DNA from: Candidatus Hydrogenedentota bacterium
GTDB lineage: Bacteria; Hydrogenedentota; Hydrogenedentia; Hydrogenedentales; SLHB01
Reading direction: 5' to 3'
DNA: 64,000 nucleotides
Assembly: GCA_052033955.1 (NCBI GenBank)
Contig: JBPOJD010000017.1
Coordinates: forward strand, 70,636 to 134,635
Positions within the stretch are counted from its first letter, which is position 1. Each line of letters begins with the position of its first letter. The notes under the pieces are model-generated. The model worked only from the letters and a program-made list of their open reading frames with translations. It was not told where the DNA came from and did not search any database. Positions 26,564 through 36,275 of this stretch are shown one piece after another. The position numbers were made by a program, and so were the translations under genes.

Positions 26564-27060
26564 TGGCGGTGCTGCTGGACGTGCTCACGACCTCGGCCAC
26601 CAAACGTGCGTACCGGCGCGACGTGCTTACGCGGCTCGCGCAACGGGTGCTCGATGGCGAGGGCGTGTGCGAGGATGTCGAACTGAGCGTTCTGTTTTGT
26701 GATGATGCCGCGATTCAGGAATTGAACCGGCAGTACCGGGGCAAGGACGCGCCCACGGACGTGCTGTCGTTTGGGCAGCCGCCTGCACCGGCGAGTCCGG
26801 TGCGCGTGCTTGGCGACATCGTGATTTCGCTGGAGACGGTCGCGCGTCAGGCGGGTGACGATCCGGCCGCGCGCCGGGCCGAGGTGGCCTTGTTGTTCTG
26901 TCACGGGCTGCTGCACCTGCTCGGTTGCGATCACGACACGCCCGCGCGGCAAGCGGCGATGATCGAGAAGCAGTCCCGTTACCTGAACTGTGAGGCAAAC
27001 GCCGCGTGGCGGTATGCTCCCGGGGAAACCGCGCCCCAGAGCAAACGCCGCCCGAGGTAG
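26560..27060 (+). CDS. ybeY: rRNA maturation endoribonuclease YbeY
   Basis: 166 aa with the metal-binding HGLLHLLGCDHD motif (H3xH5xH). The start overlaps the upstream stop by 4 nt. Confidence 0.9.
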   Translation: MMAVLLDVLTTSATKRAYRRDVLTRLAQRVLDGEGVCEDVELSVLFCDDAAIQELNRQYRGKDAPTDVLSFGQPPAPASPVRVLGDIVISLETVARQAGDDPAARRAEVALLFCHGLLHLLGCDHDTPARQAAMIEKQSRYLNCEANAAWRYAPGETAPQSKRRPR

Positions 27061-27070
27061 GAGGTCTGTT

Positions 27071-28561
27071 TTGCTGGACGACGATAGCGGCCCGAACTGT
27101 AGCCGCCACACCCGTGGCCGCGTTTCCTCTCGTACGACGACCCGGAGGTGGATTGTTCTGGGTACGGTGATGCTCGCGCTGTTGGCAGGCGGCCACGTTG
27201 TCTCCGCGGATCGGGCGGGAGTCTCCTCTATCGGAGAGGTGCATCTCCCCTCGCTCTGGTCAGAATACTTGCCCGCGGAAGTCATCATTGCCATCGCTCT
27301 GCTCCTGCTTGCCTCAGCGTTTTTCTCGGGTTCAGAGACAGCCTTCTGCTCGATCTCGCGTGTGCGCCTGCGCGCCATGTCGAACGACGGAACCCTCTCA
27401 GGCCGGCTGGTGTCCGGCATGTGGTCCCATCCCGGTCGGCTTCTCACCACCATCCTCGTGGGGAACAATCTGGTGAACGTGCTGATCGCTGTGTTGCTGG
27501 GTAGCCGCGTCGAGACGATGCTGACGGACGCATTTTCGTTCTCACCTGCGGCGGCATACCTTTCAGCAGCATTGCTGTGTACGGCGTTCCTGGTGTTTTT
27601 TGGCGAGATAACGCCGAAGGTGACCGCGCTCCGCTGTGGTGAAGGCTTTGCTCGCACCGCGGCATTTCCGCTTCTGGCGGTGGATAAACTGTTGACGCCG
27701 GTGCGCGATGGGTTGTTGCGTATGACGGAACTGTTTTTCCGGGTGACTCGCATCAGCGAGGTGCGTGCCGCGCCTTTCATTACCGACGAGGAATTCAAAT
27801 CACTGCTTTCGCACAGTGAGAAGCACGGTGTGCTGGAACAAGATGAAGCACAGATGATTCAGGGAGTCATGGAGTTTCACGACATGGTGCTATCTGAGCT
27901 TCTCATCCCGCGACTGGATGTTGTCGCTTTGCCTGAGAGCGCCACCGTGGGTGAAGCACTGGAGGTCTTTCGCGAACACGAGTACTCCCGCATGCCGGTG
28001 TACCGTGAGGATTTGGACCACATTGTGGGAGTGGTCTTCATCAAGGCGCTGTTGCCGAGTGTTGAACGCGGTGAGCTGGATCTGTCGATCGCACAGTTTA
28101 TTCGCCCGGCGCAGTTTGTTCCCGAGACCATGTCTGTGTACGACTTTGTGAGAGAGACACAACGGATGCGGACGCACCTCGCTATCGTTGTGGATGAGCA
28201 TGGCGGCACGGAGGGTATCGTGACGCTGGACGACGCGATTCAGGAGGTGGTGGGTGACATCAGCGATGAACAGGAGGAGGGCGTGCCGGCGGTGCAGCGG
28301 TTGAGTGAGAATGCCTATCTCGTGGAGGGCAGCCTGTCTCTTGATGAAGTGAACAAACTACTGGGCACACGGCTTGAGGATGAGGAACACGAGACAATTG
28401 CGGGATTTCTTATGGACCAGTCGGACAAGATCCCGGAAGCCGGCGACACTGTGGAGCACAGCGGCGCCCGTTTTACCGTGGTGTCTGTCGAGGGCAGGCG
28501 CGTTGCTTTGTTGCGCATAGACGTCGAGCAGAGGGGTGATTCCGGGGAGAGTAGTTCATGA
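27071..28561 (+). CDS. HlyC/CorC-family (CNNM) transporter: DUF21 TM domain, CBS pair and CorC_HlyC C-terminal domain
   Basis: DUF21 helices (EVIIAIALLLLASAFFSGSETAF), a CBS pair (FHDMVLSELLIPRLDVVAL...; IVVDEHGGTEGIVTLDD), and a C-terminal transporter-associated domain. A TTG at 27071 sits 6 nt after an AGGAGG; the track start at 26990 overlaps ybeY. Confidence 0.8.
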   Translation: MLDDDSGPNCSRHTRGRVSSRTTTRRWIVLGTVMLALLAGGHVVSADRAGVSSIGEVHLPSLWSEYLPAEVIIAIALLLLASAFFSGSETAFCSISRVRLRAMSNDGTLSGRLVSGMWSHPGRLLTTILVGNNLVNVLIAVLLGSRVETMLTDAFSFSPAAAYLSAALLCTAFLVFFGEITPKVTALRCGEGFARTAAFPLLAVDKLLTPVRDGLLRMTELFFRVTRISEVRAAPFITDEEFKSLLSHSEKHGVLEQDEAQMIQGVMEFHDMVLSELLIPRLDVVALPESATVGEALEVFREHEYSRMPVYREDLDHIVGVVFIKALLPSVERGELDLSIAQFIRPAQFVPETMSVYDFVRETQRMRTHLAIVVDEHGGTEGIVTLDDAIQEVVGDISDEQEEGVPAVQRLSENAYLVEGSLSLDEVNKLLGTRLEDEEHETIAGFLMDQSDKIPEAGDTVEHSGARFTVVSVEGRRVALLRIDVEQRGDSGESSS

Positions 28562-29817
28562 TGGCCTTGGCCGTTTCCGCAGTCGTGTTCGTTGCTTCAC
28601 TGGTTCTGTCGGCGCTGTTTTCCGGCTATGAGACCAGCTTTGTGTCGGCCAACCCGCTTCGCATTCGGCGCTTTGCGGAAGATGACAACAACGAGCGCGC
28701 CAAACGGCTGCTGGCCTATATGAGCCATCCCGATCAAATGGTCACAGCCATGCTGATCGGCAACAACATTGTGCTGGTGATTGGCACTATGGTATTGGCG
28801 GAGTGGGTAAACCAGATCCTGACGACGCTGATTGTGACGCCGGTATTCCTGATGTTTGGCGAGATTGTTCCCAAAAGTATCGCCCGTACCCATCCGAACC
28901 GGCTTGCGGTGGGGCTTTTGCCGGTCATACGCATTGTCCGCGGTGTCCTGACCCCATTGACGCTGCCGGTGACGTGGCTTACGCGGGGGCTGATGTACTT
29001 TATGGGGAGCGGCGACCCAAGCGCCCGGCCGCTCATGTCGAGCATCGAGGACATGCGCGTACTGGTTGACGAGAGTGCCACGCACGGGAACATCGAGCCG
29101 GCCGAGCAGGAGATGATTCACTCGGTCATCGATCTCCAGAGTATTCAGGCCAAGGAGATCATGGTGCCGCGTATCCATATACAGGCCCTGCCCGACACGG
29201 CGACCCGCCAGGAGGTCGTGGATCTGCTGATGGAGTCGGGCCGCACGCGCATCCCGATCTATCGAGATACCATCGACCAGATTATCGGCGCGGTGAGCGC
29301 ACATGACCTGCTCCGCAACCGGAATGGCCGCGAAGAAGGTATTCAGGGATACGTGCGCGAGATCATGCACGTGCCGGACACGATGAAGGTAGATGATCTC
29401 CTCAAGGCGCTGCGGGCAGCGAAGCAGCACATGGCCGTCATTACGGACGAGTACGGCGGCACCGACGGTCTGGTGACGATCGAGGACATTCTCGAGGAGA
29501 TATTCGGCGAAATCCAGGACGAGTACGATCAGGAGGAGCGCCAGCTCCACAAGGTCGGTCCGATGGCCTATGTCGTGGACGCGCGGATGGACCTCGAGAC
29601 CCTCAGCGAGAGCATTGGCGTCGAACTGCTGGATGAGGAGGTGGAGACCGTGGGCGGCTGGGTCATGCACCTGGCGGGCCGGATCCCCAAGCAGGGGCAG
29701 GTCATCGAGCGCGATGCTTTCCGTATCACGGTGCTGGCCGCGGCGGCGACGCGCGTCAACAAAATCAGGTTGGAACTGAAGAAGGAGCCCGCGGCGGATG
29801 CCCCGGAACAGTCGTAA
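28558..29817 (+). CDS. Second HlyC/CorC-family (CNNM) transporter paralog
   Basis: Same architecture (SALFSGYETSFVS, two CBS domains, ITDEYGGTDGLVTIEDILEEIFGEIQDE, CorC C-terminal domain). ATGA overlap with the preceding paralog. Confidence 0.85.
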   Translation: MMALAVSAVVFVASLVLSALFSGYETSFVSANPLRIRRFAEDDNNERAKRLLAYMSHPDQMVTAMLIGNNIVLVIGTMVLAEWVNQILTTLIVTPVFLMFGEIVPKSIARTHPNRLAVGLLPVIRIVRGVLTPLTLPVTWLTRGLMYFMGSGDPSARPLMSSIEDMRVLVDESATHGNIEPAEQEMIHSVIDLQSIQAKEIMVPRIHIQALPDTATRQEVVDLLMESGRTRIPIYRDTIDQIIGAVSAHDLLRNRNGREEGIQGYVREIMHVPDTMKVDDLLKALRAAKQHMAVITDEYGGTDGLVTIEDILEEIFGEIQDEYDQEERQLHKVGPMAYVVDARMDLETLSESIGVELLDEEVETVGGWVMHLAGRIPKQGQVIERDAFRITVLAAAATRVNKIRLELKKEPAADAPEQS

Positions 29818-30541
29818 TTTGGAAAGGCACGGCGTGAGCGCCGCGCTGGGGAACTGGTGGTCGCACATCTGGCGGTTCATGATGACCGGACTGCTGGTGT
29901 GGGTGCCACTGATCATCACCGCGTGGGTTTCGTGGGTGGCCATCAGCAAGCTGGGCGGCGGCCTTGACAACCTGGGCCGGGGAGTCCTGCAGTGGCTGCG
30001 GGATCTCGGCGGACGCGTGCCCGTCCTCGGTTTCCTGCAGACATTGCGCTACATACCCGGCATGGGACTGGTCGCAGCCTTCACCTTGTTCTTTTTCACC
30101 GGTTTCCTCACGCGATATCTGGTCGGACGCAAGATCATCGCGTCCGGCGAGCAGTTTATCCAGCGCATACCGCTGATCAGCCGCATCTATCGTAGCGTGC
30201 AGCAGGTGCGCGACGTGTTCATCGGTCGCGGCGGCACGGTCTTTCAGAAGGTATGTCTCGTGCAGTACCCGCGTCCGGGCATGTACGCGGTAGGTTTTGT
30301 GACGGCGCATGATCAGGGCTTGATTCAGGAGGTCGTGGGTCGCGAACTGGTCGCTGTCTTTATCCCGACTACACCCAACCCGACTTCGGGGTACCTGGTC
30401 TACCTGGCTCCCGATGAGGTCACCGAACTGGACGTCGCCGTCGAAGAGGCAATGAAGCTGATCATCTCCGGCGGCGCCTATCTGCCCACTGTGCGGCCCG
30501 GCATGGCGCCGGATACCAGCGAGGCCGACACGGGCGGGTAG
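29798..30541 (+). CDS. DUF502-family membrane protein
   Basis: Two N-terminal TM helices (GLLVWVPLIITAWVSWVAI) and the conserved C-terminal IPTTPNPTSGYLVYLAPDEVTELDVAVEEAMKLIISGG. Confidence 0.7.
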   Translation: MPRNSRNLERHGVSAALGNWWSHIWRFMMTGLLVWVPLIITAWVSWVAISKLGGGLDNLGRGVLQWLRDLGGRVPVLGFLQTLRYIPGMGLVAAFTLFFFTGFLTRYLVGRKIIASGEQFIQRIPLISRIYRSVQQVRDVFIGRGGTVFQKVCLVQYPRPGMYAVGFVTAHDQGLIQEVVGRELVAVFIPTTPNPTSGYLVYLAPDEVTELDVAVEEAMKLIISGGAYLPTVRPGMAPDTSEADTGG

Positions 30542-30627
30542 AACCGCTGTCGCTCTGTTGGATGCCCCGGAGCCCCGGCAGTACCTGCCGGGGCTCTTTC
30601 CGCATTGTCTCGGGCGCGCTTTCGCCT

Positions 30628-31557
30628 CTACTTCGAGGGCATCCCGTCGAAGGGCCGGTTGTAGCGGCCAAAGATGCGGGCGCTGGCTTCGGTCACCGGG
30701 AAGCGGTCCGACGGATAGCGCAGGTACTCCACGTGGCCGTCCATGTACAGGACGTTGGCCCCACCGGGCAGGTGGTTGAAGTCCTTGGTCAGCGTGCTGA
30801 TATGGTCCCACATCACGGGGATCATGCTCGCCGCTTTGGCGCCCGCGGCCGGACTGGCCAGATCGGTGATCAGGAAGCGCTCGATGCCGACCCGCAGCCG
30901 GTACAACACGCTGCCGCCATTGGCCTGCGTGCCCGGGAAGGTCGCGGTGAAATCAAAATCGCGATCACTCGCCTTCCCGATGTCGAGCGGGTCGGACGGG
31001 GTCGCGTTCTCCCTCGCCAGGAGCCCCCAGGGCGTGCCGTCATACTCGACTTCCTCGAAACGTCCGCCCGGTCCCGCCCCGATGTCACCGGTCAGCGGCC
31101 CCAGGATGTTCTCGTCCTCCAGTACCATCCAACCGGTGTAGTTGAACGGCTCCTTGCACAGCTCATGCGGCTGGACGATCCCGTCATTGTTGCCTTTCGC
31201 CTGGTCGTAACGCTCGAGCGCGCTGGCCTCGTTCGGCCAGCTCGGACACCAGACTGCCTCGGGGTCGGACAGGTAGCTGGGCATCATGGCCGGCCCGTCA
31301 AAGATCATCGTGTCGCTGAGCACCCGGTCGCCCGAGCTGTTCTCGGTGAAGATCATGCGCGGCGGAAACCGGTCCTTGTTTTCGTTGGCGTACATGAAGA
31401 AGGCCAGCCCCATCTGCTTGAGGTTGCTTTGGCAGGTGGCCCGGCGGGCGGCCTCGCGGGCGCGGGCGAGCGCAGGCAGCAGGATGGCGGCCAGGATGCC
31501 AATGATGGCAATGACCACGAGCAGTTCGATGAGGGTAAACCCGTTTGTTCGGCGCAT
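30628..31557 (-). CDS. DUF1559 (H-X9-DG) protein with an N-terminal prepilin-type cleavage/methylation signal
   Basis: [66 protein letters not shown] is a type IV pilin-like N-terminus; the C-terminus has the H-X9-DG motif [11 protein letters not shown]. This family is massively expanded in Planctomycetes and other PVC bacteria. Confidence 0.85.
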   Translation of the reverse strand: MRRTNGFTLIELLVVIAIIGILAAILLPALARAREAARRATCQSNLKQMGLAFFMYANENKDRFPPRMIFTENSSGDRVLSDTMIFDGPAMMPSYLSDPEAVWCPSWPNEASALERYDQAKGNNDGIVQPHELCKEPFNYTGWMVLEDENILGPLTGDIGAGPGGRFEEVEYDGTPWGLLARENATPSDPLDIGKASDRDFDFTATFPGTQANGGSVLYRLRVGIERFLITDLASPAAGAKAASMIPVMWDHISTLTKDFNHLPGGANVLYMDGHVEYLRYPSDRFPVTEASARIFGRYNRPFDGMPSK

Positions 31558-31606
31558 GGGGCGGCTCCTTGTTGGGGTGAACGGTGTATTGTTATCTAAA
31601 TCGTAT

Positions 31607-31622
31607 GTTCAGCATGCTGAAC
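31607..31622. promoter_or_regulatory. Perfect 16-bp palindrome GTTCAGCATGCTGAAC in the AT-rich spacer upstream of the DUF1559 gene and downstream of the DUF2339 gene; putative operator or terminator stem
   Basis: Read directly from the sequence; it lies about 50-65 nt upstream of the ATG at 31557 on the minus strand. Confidence 0.35.
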
Positions 31623-31733
31623 GAGCGATTTATATACCAAGTAACCGGTGCCCATGTCAAGTATGTCGGCAGGAACTGGTACCATGGCCGCCTGGCGGCA
31701 GGCAGGCACGGGGATCGGGGGGTGTGCAGCCGG

Positions 31734-34682
31734 TCAGTCTGGGCGGTTGTCGGGCGAAGACCCTTCGATACGTTCGATGACGTGGCGGTATCGCGTATAC
31801 AGGAACCCGACGAGGAGCAGACCGCCGCCCAAGGCCAGGAACGCGAAGATGCGGTCGATCGTCTCGCGGATATCGACGGCAAACGCTCTGCCCACGCACA
31901 GGGCGAGTCCGGCGAGGGCGACAAGCCGAAATGCGCGGACGCGCGTCAGGAAGCCGAGCACGAGCAGACCGACCGCCGATACGCCCCAGAGTACGGTGAC
32001 ATAGGTCTGAAGGCCGTCGCGGCGCGCATAGAAGGCAATGAACAGTATACCCAGTGCAGCGATCCCTTGCGTCCACTCGACCATCGGACGTGTTGCGGGG
32101 GAGATGGCACGGGGCAAGCGGCGGACTGCGATTGCGTATCCCAGTGCGACGAGCGCCAGCGCGATCGCGGCCGGCAGATACGCCGCGGACAGCGCCCCCC
32201 GTCCCGCGCTCACGACGAGAAACTGGAGCACGGCGGCGGCCATGAAGGCAAGCGCGCAGCCGACGCCAGGACGGAGTCCCGGCCAGAAGACGAGCGCGGT
32301 CAGGACCACCATCCCGGTTCCGAACGCGGTCATCAGGACGATCCCGTCCAGCGTCAGGCGCATCGCAATGAGCGCCACGAGGCAGGCCAGAATGGCGGAA
32401 ACCCATTCCCATGCGTCTCGGGCGTTTTTGGACAGCAAGGGCTTTCGCGGCGCTTTCCAGAGTGCAGGTGTGCACGCATGAAGCAGCGCTGCCGCGACCG
32501 CGAGCCAGAGCAGGGCGCTGCGTGTGTCAGGTTGGGCTCCGGAGGTGAAGGGAGACATCTCGCGCAGCGTCAGCGCGGCCATCCACGCTGTTGGCAGCGC
32601 GGACAGGATCAGCAGGCCTCTCAGGCGCGGGGCCAGCCCCGCCGCCGCAAGTGCCAGGGACAGGAGCGTGGCCGTGAGCACCTGTGACGGCACCGGGAGT
32701 GTCTTGATCAGGAGCATGGCCGTCGTGTAGGTCCACAGGGCGGTCAAGGCTGCGGCAGACCGGCACACCGGGAACGGTGTGGCGGGCGCGGGGTGATTCC
32801 CGTGACGGAGCGTTGCGGCGACTCCCAGCGCCGCGGTGACACCCGCCAGCAGGAGGCCATTCATCCATACCATCTCCCCGAAGACGTCGCCGCCCGCATG
32901 CATGTCCCAGAAGGTCAGATGCGCGTGTGCAAAGGGCAGCAGTGCCGCCACCCATGCTATCCAGTGGTGCGCCAGCAGCGCGACCGCCCCCATGGTCAAG
33001 GCCATTGCCAGCGTTGCGGCGGGGAGGCAGGCCTCCGGCGCAGCGCTCCCGGCGGCCAGCACACCCGCTATCCCGAGTGCGAGCGCGTAGAGGCCATTGA
33101 GCAGATCGCGTCCCCGCGGGTTCCCGGCGGGCAGCAGGAGTCCGGAACCCTGTCCCAGCCAGCGGGCTTGGAGGCACAGGAACACGGCGGACAGGATCAC
33201 ATACAGGGTGCCGGTCCACGCGGCGTTCCAGTGTTGCACGGTGCCCCCCGGCAGGCGGGCAGGATCGATGCTGTCCGCCACGAAGAACAGGAAGGACGCC
33301 ACCCAGGTGAGGGCCATGGCCCCCTCGACGAGTTTGAGTCGCGACCGCACGGCGCTGAACAGCAGCACCAGGCTCTCGACGGCCAGCGCGGTCCACCGGG
33401 CCTTGGCGTCGAACTGGGTTATCAATCCCAGCGTCACCAGGGCGGTGCCTTTTACGAAGTACACCTCCATGAGGACATCGCGCTGCCAGATGCCCCAGTA
33501 GACCGCCGAGGCGGCCACGAGGATGCCGCCGAAGAGGAAGTAGAACGTGGGCAACTGCTCCGGGTACGCCTGCGCCGTTACGAGCCAGGCCACCGAGAGG
33601 GCGCCCGCGGTGTTGAGCACCTGGGCCAGCCGCCTCATGCGGTCCGTCATGAGTGTCCCGCGCGACTTGGCCGCGGCATCGGTTGCCCCGTAGAGCACCA
33701 TGAAGGCCAAGGGCCATGCCAGGGCATTCAGCATCGTATCGGGACTGCGCCGGTTGATGACCCATTCCCCCACGGCCACGGCCGCGAGAACGACGTACGA
33801 CCATGGGACGGCGTTGAGGTACGGGGCGGCCCACCCGCGATGCAGGTACAGGATGGCCGCCGCGGCGCCCAGTACCAGCGCGGCCGTGAGGGCGTGCGCC
33901 GCCAGTCCTTCAGAGAAGGAGAACAGACAGGCCACGTAGCCCAGCAGCACCGCCATTGTCGCGGTTGCGGACGAGTTTCGCCAGAACGCGGCAGCGACGA
34001 TGAGTGCAACGACCACAAGCTGCGCGGCCGTGCCAGCGGCTGGGCTGTGAAGTACCTTGACGGCGGGCAGGGCGTAGGCCGCGAAGGCCGCGAAGTAGAG
34101 CAGTGCCAGTCCCATGCCAAATACGACGGCGCCGAACCTCTGCACCCGCCGTTCGAGCCAGAGGCCAAGGAAGGTGATGCCGACGGCCCCCGCGGTCAGC
34201 TCGATGAACCGGATCCACGGCGCAGTGTTCCGGGTCAGGAAGGTGATCCCGAGCACTGTGCCGATCACGAAAAGCAGGGCCCCGATGCGCGACACCCACC
34301 ACTGCCCGATCTGCGCCTCCATGCTGCCCGTGCCGGAAGGGGGCAGCATGTTGATCTTCTTTAGAAAGGCACGAAGGTCCGCGCCCGCAGCCCGTCCCGG
34401 CGCGGCGGCTGGAACGCGCGGGCGCGGCGGCGGTGGCTGGACGAGGGGCTCGGCGGGCACAGGTGGCCGCCGCGGCGCGTCTATCGGGCGCGCCGCCGGG
34501 GGGACACGAGGGGAAACGGGTTGCGGCGACGCGTCGGGCGTGCGGGTCGCCGCGGGACTCCCGCATTCAAGGCGGGTTATACGGTCGCTCAGCGCGGCGA
34601 GCTGTTCCTCGATGCGAAGAAGCCGCTGGTCGACCTCATGCCTCTCGGGCTCCTGACTACACCCCGTCGTGATGTCCGCCAT
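31734..34682 (-). CDS. Large polytopic membrane protein (DUF2339-like): N-terminal coiled coil and Pro-rich linker followed by more than 20 TM helices
   Basis: 982 aa. N-terminus LLRIEEQLAALSDRITRLE, then PVSPRVPPAARPIDAPRRPPVPAEPLVQPPPPRPRVP, then uninterrupted hydrophobic helices. Same strand as rng, directly downstream of it. Confidence 0.55.
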   Translation of the reverse strand: MADITTGCSQEPERHEVDQRLLRIEEQLAALSDRITRLECGSPAATRTPDASPQPVSPRVPPAARPIDAPRRPPVPAEPLVQPPPPRPRVPAAAPGRAAGADLRAFLKKINMLPPSGTGSMEAQIGQWWVSRIGALLFVIGTVLGITFLTRNTAPWIRFIELTAGAVGITFLGLWLERRVQRFGAVVFGMGLALLYFAAFAAYALPAVKVLHSPAAGTAAQLVVVALIVAAAFWRNSSATATMAVLLGYVACLFSFSEGLAAHALTAALVLGAAAAILYLHRGWAAPYLNAVPWSYVVLAAVAVGEWVINRRSPDTMLNALAWPLAFMVLYGATDAAAKSRGTLMTDRMRRLAQVLNTAGALSVAWLVTAQAYPEQLPTFYFLFGGILVAASAVYWGIWQRDVLMEVYFVKGTALVTLGLITQFDAKARWTALAVESLVLLFSAVRSRLKLVEGAMALTWVASFLFFVADSIDPARLPGGTVQHWNAAWTGTLYVILSAVFLCLQARWLGQGSGLLLPAGNPRGRDLLNGLYALALGIAGVLAAGSAAPEACLPAATLAMALTMGAVALLAHHWIAWVAALLPFAHAHLTFWDMHAGGDVFGEMVWMNGLLLAGVTAALGVAATLRHGNHPAPATPFPVCRSAAALTALWTYTTAMLLIKTLPVPSQVLTATLLSLALAAAGLAPRLRGLLILSALPTAWMAALTLREMSPFTSGAQPDTRSALLWLAVAAALLHACTPALWKAPRKPLLSKNARDAWEWVSAILACLVALIAMRLTLDGIVLMTAFGTGMVVLTALVFWPGLRPGVGCALAFMAAAVLQFLVVSAGRGALSAAYLPAAIALALVALGYAIAVRRLPRAISPATRPMVEWTQGIAALGILFIAFYARRDGLQTYVTVLWGVSAVGLLVLGFLTRVRAFRLVALAGLALCVGRAFAVDIRETIDRIFAFLALGGGLLLVGFLYTRYRHVIERIEGSSPDNRPD

Positions 34683-34733
34683 GGCGTCGCCCGCTCCTGT
34701 CCGGATATGCCCGCGCAGTGTCCTGTGTGCCGG

Positions 34734-36254
34734 CTAGAACTCCAACGGTTCGCGGGTCTGTGCGTTGAGGACCCGGGTGTCGTGGATATGGAAATCCGAG
34801 ACGCTCTCGACGAGAATTTCGCGGGCGAACTGCTCGGCGATGCTGTCCACGAGTTCCTTGTTCTCGGTGCGCAGGCGCCGGGCGACATCCGGATGGACCT
34901 GAACGATAATGCGCTTCTGGCGGTTGGTGCAGAACAGGCTCTGGAGCCGGCGCAGGACGTCGAAGGTGACCGTGGTGACGGACCGGACCATGCCGCTGCC
35001 TTCGCAGTAGGGACAGGTCTGGCTGAGGGCCTTGATGAGATTGTGCTTGACGCGTTTGCGGGTCATCTCGATCATGCCCAGCTCGGACACCTCGGAGATG
35101 GTGGTCTTGGCGCGGTCGCTCTTGAGGCATTCCTGCAGGGTATCGAGCAATTTGCGCCGGTTCCGGGCGAACTGCATGTCGATGAAGTCGATGACGATAA
35201 TGCCGCCCATGTCGCGCAGGCGGACCTGACGTGCAATCTCCTCCGCGGCTTCAAGATTGGTCTTGAAGACGGTATCCTCGAGCCCCTTGCGGCCGGTGAA
35301 CTTGCCCGTGTTGACGTCGATGGCGATGAGGGCCTCGGTCTGGTCGATGCAGATGTGGCCGCCGCTCTTGAGAAACACGGTGCGCCGGAGCGCCTTCTCA
35401 ATCTCCTCTTCGATGCCGAGTTTGTCGAACATGGGCCGCTTGCCCTGATACAGCCGGCACTTCTTGCGCAGTTGGGGGCTGAAGTTGTCCAGGAAGGTGA
35501 GAATGCGGCTGTACTCGACGTCGCTGTCGATCGTGAGGCGGGCAACATCGTCGGTGAAGTAGTCGCGCACGACCCGCAGCACCGGCCCCAGGTCCTCGTG
35601 GAGGAGCGCGGGCCCCTTGACGGAGTCCATCTTGTTGCCGACCTTCTCCCAGACCTTGAGGAGGTACCGTACGTCGTTTTCGAGGTCTTCGGCGCTTTGG
35701 CCCTCTCCGGCGGTACGCAGGATCAGGCCCATGTTTTTCGGACGCACCTTGTTGAGAATGCGGCGGAGACGGTCACGTTCCTTGGGGTCCTCGATCTTCC
35801 GCGACACGCCAAGCTGCGACACGGTGGGCATCAGCACGACATAGCGCCCGGGCAGCGTGACGTAGTTGGTGAGACGGACGCCCTTGGTGCCGAGCGTGTC
35901 CTTGGCGACCTGCACCATGATCGGCTGGTTGCGCTTGAGCAGCGAGTCGATGGTGGGGCGTTTGCCGCGGTCCTTGCCCTTGGCGGAACGGGCCGTGCCG
36001 TCCTCGAAGACGATCTCCTCGCTCTCGCCGGTTCCGGCAATGTCGGAGACGTACAGGAAACCGTTCTTCTCGAAGCCGATGTCGACGAACGCTGCCTGGA
36101 TGCCGACGACGACGGAGTCGACGCGTCCTTTGTAGATGTTGCCGACAATGCTGCGGCTTTCCTGGCGCTCGATATGGAGCTCGGCCAGGCGTTTGTCCTC
36201 CAGCAGCGCGATGCGGGTCTCCAGCGGGGAGACGTTGATGGCGATTTCTTTCAT
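34734..36254 (-). CDS. rng: Ribonuclease G/E family endoribonuclease (catalytic domain only)
   Basis: 506 aa with an S1 domain (GNIYKGRVDSVVVGIQAAFVDIG), the DNase-I-like catalytic region (GGIIVIDFIDM) and the zinc-link CPYCEGSG. There is no long C-terminal scaffold, so it is RNase G-like. Confidence 0.85.
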   Translation of the reverse strand: MKEIAINVSPLETRIALLEDKRLAELHIERQESRSIVGNIYKGRVDSVVVGIQAAFVDIGFEKNGFLYVSDIAGTGESEEIVFEDGTARSAKGKDRGKRPTIDSLLKRNQPIMVQVAKDTLGTKGVRLTNYVTLPGRYVVLMPTVSQLGVSRKIEDPKERDRLRRILNKVRPKNMGLILRTAGEGQSAEDLENDVRYLLKVWEKVGNKMDSVKGPALLHEDLGPVLRVVRDYFTDDVARLTIDSDVEYSRILTFLDNFSPQLRKKCRLYQGKRPMFDKLGIEEEIEKALRRTVFLKSGGHICIDQTEALIAIDVNTGKFTGRKGLEDTVFKTNLEAAEEIARQVRLRDMGGIIVIDFIDMQFARNRRKLLDTLQECLKSDRAKTTISEVSELGMIEMTRKRVKHNLIKALSQTCPYCEGSGMVRSVTTVTFDVLRRLQSLFCTNRQKRIIVQVHPDVARRLRTENKELVDSIAEQFAREILVESVSDFHIHDTRVLNAQTREPLEF

Positions 36255-36275
36255 GGTTGCCCTCTGGTTAGTCGC

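Noticed and set aside
31584-34566. Multiple 270-520-aa ORFs on both strands (31584..32687+, 31657..32475-, 32527..33834-, 32793..34364+)
   Set aside because: All lie within or antisense to the 982-aa polytopic membrane gene, whose frame gives continuous TM helices. The alternatives give Arg/Gly-rich nonsense.
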